A stretch of DNA of 63,966 nt, filler included, from Thraustochytrium aureum (Eukaryota): the NCBI GenBank assembly GCA_012862495.1. It is 9 parts of 5 records of this genome, joined end to end, with 100 filler letters (N's around TTAATTAATTAA, not from the genome) between each part and the next. Parts side by side here need not be neighbours in the genome. Positions count along the whole stretch, not along the records: positions 51,260 to 57,811 come from BLSG01000210.1; positions 57,912 to 60,356 come from BLSG01000210.1; positions 60,457 to 61,562 come from BLSG01000216.1; positions 61,663 to 62,752 come from BLSG01000216.1; positions 62,853 to 63,966 come from BLSG01000223.1; 4 more parts are not named here. One strand, 5' to 3'. The position numbers and the translations under genes were made by a program. Under the pieces are notes generated by a model. It was not told the DNA's origin and ran no database searches. It saw nothing but the letters and a program-made list of their open reading frames with translations. This document shows, in pieces, positions 55,309 to 63,966 of the stretch (the first letter of the stretch is position 1; the number at the start of each line of letters is the position of its first letter).

Positions 55309-55473
55309 TCATGATCTTCTCCTCGTGAGCAACGCCGCGAGGCAAGGCTGATGACAAGGAGGGAAACGAGAAGGTCAGAGCCAAAGAAAGCTGAGCCTGA
55401 GGGCAGTCATCATCATGATCTCCCTCTCCTCGTCATCAACGCCGCGAGGCACGGCTGATGACAAGGAGGAAAC
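55309..55473. repeat. ~60-bp imperfect direct repeat (two copies)
   Basis: TCATGATCT...CTCCTCGT...CAACGCCGCGAGGCAxGGCTGATGACAAGGAGG at 55309-55367 and 55413-55473. Confidence 0.85.
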
Positions 55474-56093
55474 CAAAGTAGTCAGCGTTGACAAATTGAT
55501 TTGGATTCACCACCAGCCTGCATTCCCAGGCGGCCCGTCTGCACACCTCCAAGCCGATCTCTCCAGCTCTTGTCGCGGCATTTGCGCTTGCGCTGCACCG
55601 GGCCGAACTCGCGTCGAATCCCTTGGCCGCCACGCCAATGATTGCAGTGCCCAATCACTGGAAGAGCTGGCATCGCCCTCCACGCGCACGCNNNNNNNNN
55701 NNNNNNNNNNNNNNNNNNNNNNNNNNNNNNNNNNNNNNNNNNNNNNNNNNNNNNNNNNNNNNNNNNNNNNNNNNNNNNNNNNNNNNNNNNNNNNNNNNNN
55801 NNNNNNNNNNNNNNNNNNNNNNNNNNNNNNNNNNNNNNNNNNNNNNNNNNNNNNNNNNNNNNNNNNNNNNNNNNNNNNNNNNNNNNNNNNNNNNNNNNNN
55901 NNNNNNNNNNNNNNNNNNNNNNNNNNNNNNNNNNNNNNNNNNNNNNNNNNNNNNNNNNNNNNNNNNNNNNNNNNNNNNNNNNNNNNNNNNNNNNNNNNNN
56001 NNNNNNNNNNNNNNNNNNNNNNNNNNNNNNNNNNNNNNNNNNNNNNNNNNNNNNNNNNNNNNNNNNNNNNNNNNNNNNNNNNNNNNNNNNNNN

Positions 56094-57195
56094 CGCCGCA
56101 ATGGCCCAGTTCACGGGGCGCACCGTGCACAGCTCTCGCTTCGCGGACGTATGCGATGACCTGCAGGGCAAGCGCGTGTTGGTTGTCGGAAATGGCATTT
56201 CAGGCTCTGAGATCGTCACGGAGGCAGTCCGCCTGGGTGCCGCCAAAGTGGTGCACGCGATGCGCACACCGCACTACATGATGCAGACAGTGGCGCAAGA
56301 TGGATCCAAGCTGAGCATCGAGAATGGCATGTTCACTCGCCTAAGCCTGTGGCTCGGAGGTCTCTTCCCCGACTCGATGAGCGCCAAGGGACTGAAGGGC
56401 ACTGTCCTGGCCTTGGCTCCGGACCAGCTGGGCCCCGAATGCGCTGCCCTGAACCCGAACATCATGCAGGCCGGTATTGCCGTCACACGGCTGCCTTACG
56501 CGGCCTGGGCCAACGAAGGCCGATTTCAGGTGCGGCCCATTCCCACGGGTTCGAATGGCAGCATCGTCACGTTTCCTGGCGGCGAGGAGGAGGAGTTTGA
56601 CCTCGCCATTTTCGCGACGGGGTTTGAACTGAACTTTGACTTCCTGCCGGCGGACGTGATCAAGCAGTGCACGTCGACCTTTGGCGGCAGTCGGGACGCG
56701 TCCCTCTTCCTCCACACGATCTGCGCTGCTGACCCTTCCCTCGCCATTGTCGGGGCCATGAACCAGGTCGGCGCCGTCTTCCCGGCCTTCGAGATGCAGT
56801 CTCGCCTTGCCGCCGGCGTCATGAGCGGCCGCGTCAAGCTCCCCTCGTTCCAAAGGATGGACGCGGCGATTCAAGCCTGGAAGGCCCTTCGCGCGGACCC
56901 AAGCAAAAAGTTCATCCTTTCCATCAAGATCACGGAGGACATCGCGTCGTTCCTCGGCGTCCGCCCACGCCTGCACCAGGTGCTGTGGCAGCCTTCTAGG
57001 CTGCTTTCCGGCCCGTACTACGCGTGTCAAATGCGCATGAACGACGCAGACCCGGAGGTCGCTCGCAAGGCCGCCCAGCGCCTGTCATACGTTTCTAAAA
57101 ACCCTGTCTTCGCCACCGAGGAGATGGTGGAGAGCGCGATGAGCGGCGCGCCCCGGCCAAGCCCCGCGGCGGCTTCGGTGGTAGCGAGTTCGTGA
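56094..57195 (+). CDS. Flavin-containing monooxygenase (N-terminus in gap)
   Basis: FMO motif FTGRTVHSSRF, NADPH-binding VVGNGISG, FATGF, EMQSR. Confidence 0.9.
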
Positions 57196-57811
57196 AGAGT
57201 CCGAGCGACCTGCGCAGCGATGCGAGCAGCGCCAGCACATTTTCGATCAGTCAAACCCAAGTTTTCCCCAAATCGTTTTCCTTCAAATCATTCCCGAGTC
57301 TGCCGGCCCGCGCTCTCGGGCGGCCAGCTTGGAGCGGAATGCCAAAGAAGACGCTGCGCAACTGGAGGTGAGGCGAGACGCAACGCATGACGCGGCACAG
57401 GGAAACCAAACATGCAACACGGCCAAGACAGACGCACCGCGCTCAACTGGATCTACTAGTACATTTCGCCGCCGCGAATGGCGCTCGAGCCCCCATCGCA
57501 GCAGTCTCGACGCTCCTCAACGTGCGCCGGCCCACCCCGAACGCATATGTCCATGTCCACGTCAATCGCTGTTGCTCGTCGAGCGAACATAGTTTTCTCG
57601 CCGAGGCCAGACCCTGCCAGGCCGCGAGTTACCCTCTGCTCCGTCAGAATTCAGTCAGATCCGAGTGCCCATAACCGCCGCCGGGTTTGAATGCGGTGAG
57701 CGGCCTGGGCTGGCAATCCCGCTTCGCACCAGCAAGCGGGAGTCAGGCGCCGGGAAGGCTAGCGCGCTTCAGGCGACACCGGACGGTGGGATTGGCTCGT
57801 GGCGCAGGCTG

Positions 57812-57911
57812 NNNNNNNNNNNNNNNNNNNNNNNNNNNNNNNNNNNNNNNNNNNNTTAATTAATTAANNNNNNNNNNNNNNNNNNNNNNNNNNNNNNNNN
57901 NNNNNNNNNNN
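57812..57911. other. Artificial scaffold spacer
   Basis: N44-TTAATTAATTAA-N44. Confidence 0.98.
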
Positions 57912-58318
57912 CTCGCTCCAAATGGCGCACTGATCGTGCCACGGGGAACGCCGACAGCGGAAACGACCCGCCTCGAGCAGCTGGGTCCAAAGGTGTTCCG
58001 CCTGGATGCGCGGTATATGGGCTTTTACGTCGCCAACAACGGCGTCTTGGTACCGGCGTACGGGCAGGAGGAGCAAGACCTCCGCGCCGTGAAGCTCGTC
58101 TCGCACCTTTTCCCAAGGCGACGTGTGGTCCAAGTGCTCGCTCCAGCCAGCGGTGCCGAGTTCAATATCGACGCGCACGTTATCGGTTTCCCTGGGACAA
58201 AGCCAAGCGCTCTTCCTGGTTCAACGCTGGCCAAGCTGCGAGCTGCCCGCGAGAAGAAGAATTTGGAGGAGCTCGAGCACCTCAACGCGTTTGTCGCAGC
58301 CCAGGGGAAGGCCGTCGC

Positions 58319-58355
<37 letters not shown>

Positions 58356-58793
58356 CCTGCGCCATCGCAAACGGCTAGTGCAAGCGACCCGGAGCTAACG
58401 TCCAACCAAGAGGCTGTGGATCCGCAAGGCTCGGCGGCCTTGGGACCCAGCCAGGGCGAGTCGAGCGATTTGGACATCGAGGACCAGCTAGTCCGTGCCG
58501 ATCAAAGCTTGCTCGAAGGCGGCGGGTTCGAGGCCGAGACGGGAAAGGAGGAGAAAAAAGAAGAAGACGACGAAGAAGAAGACGAAGACGACGAAGAAGA
58601 CGAACACCACAGCACGGAACTCGAGGAAGTGCAGGCGCCCCCCTACGACCCGCCCATCTCACGGACTGGCGCAGGGGGCTCCGCAGCCGAAGTTGACGAC
58701 CAAGACAACTTTCAGCTCACAGAACCCCCTGACACGGGCAAACGCCGCGGTCTCGGCGCACTCTTGGGCGCATTCCGCAGAGGTGGTAAATAG
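57912..58793 (+). CDS. Agmatine deiminase-like C-terminal fragment with acidic tail
   Basis: RLDARYMGFYVANNGVLVPAYG..QDLRAVKLVSHLFPRRRVVQV matches the agmatine deiminase SYxNFYIANxxVxVPxFG...D..A...L...FP.R.VV pattern. Confidence 0.65.
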
Positions 58794-58837
58794 GAACCTA
58801 GCTAGAAAATGTCTGGACCAAACTCTAAAGGGTCAGC

Positions 58838-60215
58838 TCAGCGTCTGCGCCGCATGCACCTGATGCAGTTGTCCTCGCCGCCAACCTGCGAAAAGCAGCG
58901 CCTGTGGAAGTAGCCCTTGCATACACGGCACTGCACAACGGTGGTGATCTGGAACGGGTAGAGGACCTGGTTCGCGTTGCAAATCTCACACAGGTAGCCC
59001 CCAGCGCCGCAAAGATCGCAGTTTCGCGTGATGTGGTCGGCGAGGTGCTCGACTGCGCGCATCAGCAGCGGAACAAGCGTGCCTTGGTACATGTCGAACA
59101 AATCGTGCATCGAGTAGAGCTCCGTGTCCTTGGCAAGGTGAGATCTCGACCCTAGCGCGGGCCCGAGGACGCTCGATCTGTTTGCCCAGCGCGGGCAAGC
59201 CTCAACAGCCTCGCGCGCAAACCCGAGCTGGAGCCGGAGCAGCCGCGCGTGCTGGAGCGGCTTCACCTGGGCAAACAGCTGCGGGTTGGAGGCGGAAACG
59301 CATAGCAGCGGGTGCTCAAAAACGCTGTCAAGAAACACCGCTGCGGCGTACGACACCGGGTACATGTCAAAGTCCCATGCGTGCAGCATCCGCGTGGGGA
59401 GCATGCGCAAGTATTCGTCAGGCTCTTCCTCCCTTGCGCTCGCGCTCGCGCCGCTGTCGCCGACGGCGTTCCCCTCCTCGTCGCACTCCTCCTCGTCGTC
59501 GTCACAATCATCGCTGCAAGCCCCTGACCCGTCGCTATTCACGCGGCTCCACCACGTGCCTTGGCCTTCCTGAGAGGAAGCAGTGCGGGCAAAACCAGCG
59601 CTCAGTGTAATGGCAAAACCTAGCCGACCGCCGGGCGCGCCCTCGAGAGCCGCGAAACATCCCGCTGGTGCGCCCCAACGCGATGCTGAGGTCGCCCGTG
59701 CAACTCGCGCACTTGAAATCCTGCTCGGCAAGGCCTTCACTGTCGAGCTGTTCGAGCTTGTACGAGTCCGGCCGCGGCTCCGACACGAGCGTGATGCGCA
59801 GCCCACCCGAGGAAGCTGGCACCTTGCTCGGCCGGGCGGCGCCGTCCTGTCCGCTAGATCCCGCCCGAACTTGGTCTATGTTGGACTCGGTCGTCAAGAA
59901 GGCGACGACCACAGGGTGCTCGCTCAACGGGCGACCGTCCACCGACGTGGAAAGCAGCTCTTGCAGGAACGCGTGCAGCCAGCCGCGCTTTTTCACAATA
60001 TAATCCTCAGCAAAGCTTCGCAGCCACGCCGTCTTCGGCAGGGCTGGCAGTGCGACATGGGCCCCGACAGAGCGCTGCAGGTCGACAAGCATCTCGCGAA
60101 AGGCTGTAAAACGGCGCTGGACGGTGATCGTGATCGTCTCGGCGGGGTCTGCCGAGGAGCTTTCGATGTGGCTTTCGCCCTCGTCCTCTTGGAAAATTGA
60201 GGCGTCGCCGTGCAT
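58838..60215 (-). CDS. PX domain plus Rubicon-homology (DUF4206) protein (frameshift ~59575)
   Basis: VQRRFTAF...LPALPKT...LHAFLQELL; QDFKCASC, FCHYTERWFCPHC, PTRMLHAWDF, YSMHDL, CDLC...CEIC...YPF...C...FHRRCF...CIRC. Confidence 0.88.
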
Positions 60216-60356
60216 CACAGGGGTAAGACCTGCGAACTCGTCAGCTGGACCCTAATCACGAAGCGCACGTGCGTGTCCGACTCCGCGCTTGATGTGCTGC
60301 CCGACACCTGAGCTCGCGCCACGCGGAGATTGTCCTTGAGCGGATCGGCTGGGCTC

Positions 60357-60456
60357 NNNNNNNNNNNNNNNNNNNNNNNNNNNNNNNNNNNNNNNNNNNN
60401 TTAATTAATTAANNNNNNNNNNNNNNNNNNNNNNNNNNNNNNNNNNNNNNNNNNNN
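60357..60456. other. Artificial scaffold spacer
   Basis: N44-TTAATTAATTAA-N44. Confidence 0.98.
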
Positions 60457-60540
60457 AAGTCAGTCGGTCAGTATCTCTGGCTTGCTGGCTTGGTTGCAGG
60501 AGCGGCGGTCTTGCCTGGAGGCGGAGGAGACCCAGCAACG

Positions 60541-61562
60541 ATGCTCGGCAGCCCACGGGCGAGGATGGGGCGGCGAGGGTCCAAGAGCCCTGCTGATGTG
60601 ATCGATACCGTGGGCCGCATTTTCGCTGACTATACGTCGTCGCGAGGGTCGCCCGCGGTTGAGGCTGGACGACTGGGAACGCGCAGCAGGGGCAGCCAAG
60701 GGGAGGAGGATGAGGAAGATGACGATGGACTGCGGGTCGAGGTCGAGTTCAAGTCTTCGCAAACAAGTCGGGCAGGCTCCCTGAAGCGCGCGCCAGCTTC
60801 GCGCGAGAGCGAGGCTGCGACCGCCCGTGACCTTGCCCGCATTTCCGAGCTGTGGCAAGAGGCCAAACGAGAGCTGCAGCGCAAAAGCAACGAAGTGGAG
60901 GAACTGCGCAGCGCGCGCCTCGCCAGCAGCTCGAGTAGATCAAGCCTTGCGCGCGAGGCCCAAGAAGAGGCAAACGAGCTTGCGCGCGAGGTTGGGCTCC
61001 TACGCGACCGCCTCCGCGTCAAAGCAGAACAACTCGACGCGGCGCGTGCCGAGAACGACCGCTGGTCCCACAGCTATGAAGCCCTCGCAGGCGAGCTGCA
61101 GCTCGTGCGCGACATGCAAGACACCGCCCGCAAAGCCGCCGCTGCGGAGGACTCGCGCATTGGCCAGCTTGAGCAAGAGGTCCTCAACCTGCAGCAGGAG
61201 CGCCAGCGCATCGTCTCACAAGCGCAAGCGGAAAAGCTTGCCCTCGAGCAAGAGCTGCGCTCCGCGCGGGACCGCGCCGACACAGCCGAAGCACGGCTCG
61301 CCAGCACCTCAGACAAGCACCACGGTGCAGCGCGCCGAAGCGCGGATCTGGACCGGCAGGTCGCCGAGCTTGGCGGCGAGCTGGCCCGGCGAGACCTGGC
61401 CATCGAAGACCTCGAGGCGAAAGTGGCCTCTCTTACGCGCGAGCTGGAGAGCGACCAACAGGCTGCGTCGCGGTTTCACTTGCGCGAAACGCAAGTGCGC
61501 ATCGACCACTTGCGCGTGGACAACGCAAGGCTGCTCGCGCTCTTGAAGAGCACAGCAGAGTT
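60541..61562 (+). CDS. Coiled-coil protein (3' truncated)
   Basis: Long E/R/A/L heptad-rich ORF. Confidence 0.7.
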
Positions 61563-61662
61563 NNNNNNNNNNNNNNNNNNNNNNNNNNNNNNNNNNNNNN
61601 NNNNNNTTAATTAATTAANNNNNNNNNNNNNNNNNNNNNNNNNNNNNNNNNNNNNNNNNNNN
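61563..61662. other. Artificial scaffold spacer
   Basis: N44-TTAATTAATTAA-N44. Confidence 0.98.
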
Positions 61663-62189
61663 TCTCCTTTGACCCTGCCCCGTTCAATTTTTACGTGCTC
61701 CTCGAGGAGGACAGTCAAGGGTTTCACCCTGTTGGCTATTTTAGCAAGGAGAAGGACTCTAAGGAGGACTACAACCTGGCCTGCATCGTGGCGCTCCCGC
61801 CGTTCCAGCGCAAGGGGTACGGCAAGTTTATCATCTCCCTCTCGTATGAAGTTACCAAGCGCCGGGGCGAGATTGGCAGCCCAGAGAAGCCGCTGTCGGA
61901 CCTCGGCAAGATTAGCTACCGGAGCTACTGGACCTTTGTGCTCCTCGCGCACCTCGAGGGGCTCAGCGACGAGGAGCTAGCCGTCCTGTCGCTCGACAAG
62001 CTGGCTAGTGCGCTAGGCATAAAGCCGGACGACATTCTCAGCACGTTGCAGAGCATAGGCATGATCTACCAGCTCAAGGGCCAGCTCGTCATTCGCGTGG
62101 ACCGCGCAGAGGTCAAGGAGCTCCTCGCGCCGTTTCAGGAGCGCCGCTTCGACGCTGCATTTTGCAAGCCGCATCTCCTGACCTTGTAG
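61663..62189 (+). CDS. MYST-family histone acetyltransferase, C-terminal part
   Basis: FYVL...VGYFSKEK...YNLACI..LPPFQRKGYG...GSPEKPLSDLG...YRSYW. Confidence 0.95.
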
Positions 62190-62327
62190 CTGGAGCGGCG
62201 AGGCCCCGACGCGATTCTGGCGACCAGCGCAGCGCGCGCCAAAAGGGTCGCAGAGGACGTCTTCCCAGCCCCTTCCACGCCATTGAGAATGCGAACAACT
62301 CCACTTTTTTCCACGTCTGCTCCGAAC

Positions 62328-62752
62328 TCAGCGCGGCCTAGCCAGAAACGCCGCGGCCGCCCGAAGGATTGTTTTGTCATGCGTCTTTTTGACCTGCGTC
62401 TCCGCAGAGCCGTCGTCCAGCCGAAACCACTCGCGGTCCCGGAGCAGGGACTCGGACCACTCGCCATCCGTTGCAACGCGGGTCACGCGAAGCACGAACG
62501 CGCTCGAGCGGCTGACCTCGAGCGTTTTCGCGCTCTGGGCTTCGAATTCGCCCAGATGCTCCCCTACCTCGACGACAACGCCCGCCTCCTCGAGTGCCTC
62601 GCGCTCAGCTGCTTGCCTTGCTGTCTCCCCTGGGTCGATGCCGCCGCCTGGGAGCGACCAGCGACCGGGCTTGCGCTTGGACACCTTGCGTTGCACAAGT
62701 AGCACTTGATAGCCGCCTGCGCTGTGCTCGCGGACACAAACGCAGGCGCCCG
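62328..62752 (-). CDS. Nudix hydrolase, DIPP/NUDT3-like (5' truncated)
   Basis: ACVCVR...VLLV...[28 protein letters not shown] (Nudix box), REWF. Confidence 0.88.
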
Positions 62753-62852
62753 NNNNNNNNNNNNNNNNNNNNNNNNNNNNNNNNNNNNNNNNNNNNTTAA
62801 TTAATTAANNNNNNNNNNNNNNNNNNNNNNNNNNNNNNNNNNNNNNNNNNNN
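62753..62852. other. Artificial scaffold spacer
   Basis: N44-TTAATTAATTAA-N44. Confidence 0.98.
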
Positions 62853-63020
62853 GGGGCAGCCAACCCCGTAGGAGCACTCTTGCAAGAGAGAGAGAGCGCT
62901 GGCACACGGGGTCTGTGACGAAAGCCGTGTTGGCATTGCATTGTTCCCGTCATTGGTGCGGCCTCGACCCCACTTGGCTTCGATTGCCAAGCGACAACAG
63001 CAAGAATTGATTCATTTACG

Positions 63021-63114
63021 CGCACTCAACTCGCATTCAACTCGCACTCGACTCGCATTCAACTCGCACTCGACTCGCACTCAACTCGCACTCAACTCGC
63101 ACTCAACTCGCACT
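63021..63114. repeat. 11-bp tandem repeat (CGCAYTCRACT) x~8.5
   Basis: Read directly. Confidence 0.95.
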
Positions 63115-63137
63115 GTTGGAATTCGAAGGACCATTCG

Positions 63138-63377
63138 TCGTGCCAGTGCTCGAGTACGTTGCGCGAATCGGCAAGGTGAAAGAGATAGATGCCCGGCCGC
63201 CTGGGCCGGCCTACATAATCAGGCCCACTCGTTCCCATCGCCTGGCTGAAGGAGTCCTTCCCATCCCTCGTGCCAGTGCTCGAGTACGTTGCGCGAATCG
63301 GCAAGGTGAAAGAGATAGATGCCCGGCCGCCTGGGCCGGCCTACATAATCAGGCCCACTCCTCCCCATCGCCTGGCT
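63138..63377. repeat. 110-bp direct repeat, period 130 bp
   Basis: 63138-63247 vs 63268-63377, two mismatches. Confidence 0.95.
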
Positions 63378-63966
63378 TGACTGCACTTCGCAAGCAGAAC
63401 AGCCGCAGCGGCCTTTATTTCGTCGTGCAAGTTCGGTTGTGTGGCGAACAGAACCAATGACAGGATGAGTGGATGCAGGCCTGGCCCGCTCGGCCGTTAT
63501 TTGTCCCCGTGTCCAGCCCGCGTCCTTCTCATTCATGGCCCTGATGGGCGATGGCATGGGTGCATGGCGAACGAATGAGTGGACGAAACGGGCCCGCGCT
63601 GCGCGATGAATGGTCCAGTCCGCACCAACCAACCACAAACCTCGCGCCGTCACAAACCTGCCAGCTTCCAGCACCAAGCAGACCTGCCAGACGCCGCAGC
63701 GCACTACAAGAGCCTTCAATGGCTCACTCCTCGCGGCGCCTTACCGCCCGGTTGCGCCGAGAGGGTGTTCGAAACGCAGCGCGTTGAGGGGCATTGGCAC
63801 AGCGTCGAGTATGCCCCTCTGGCGCGTCAAGCAGGCCCTCCGCCGCTCCAAAGCCTCCCCGACCCCGCCCATTTCTGCCGCAATTCGAGCAAAACCTTAT
63901 CACTGCCCCCCACCGGGCCCATTTCTAGCGGAACTGCGAAGCTATCGTCGAAACGTTGGACAAATC

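Overview
This is not one continuous locus. It is nine scaffolds of a GC-rich, intron-poor eukaryotic draft assembly, joined by artificial 100-bp spacers (N44-TTAATTAATTAA-N44), with further internal N gaps. Gene content points to a flagellated protist: CFAP36, a SHIPPO-repeat protein, USP5, PP4R3, a MYST HAT, an OS-9/ERLEC1-like lectin, an eEF3-like ABC-F and a class C GPCR. A stramenopile such as a labyrinthulomycete is my inference, not something the sequence proves. Many genes are split by single-base indels in homopolymers, most likely sequencing error. The standout is scaffold 38516-51159. It has no recognisable housekeeping genes and carries a compact giant-virus-like set: a DUF5764-like protein, a viral-type HNH nuclease, a SLATT/DUF4231 protein, a possible penton-like protein, ankyrin repeats and tandem paralogous orphan membrane proteins. 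This suggests an endogenous or co-assembled large DNA virus. Secondary observations are a candidate structured ncRNA containing CCCUAACCC, a GNAT-transglutaminase fusion, several enzymes resembling bacterial or plant families, and a few unexplained repeat or palindrome islands. All family assignments come from motif recognition by eye; no database searches were run.
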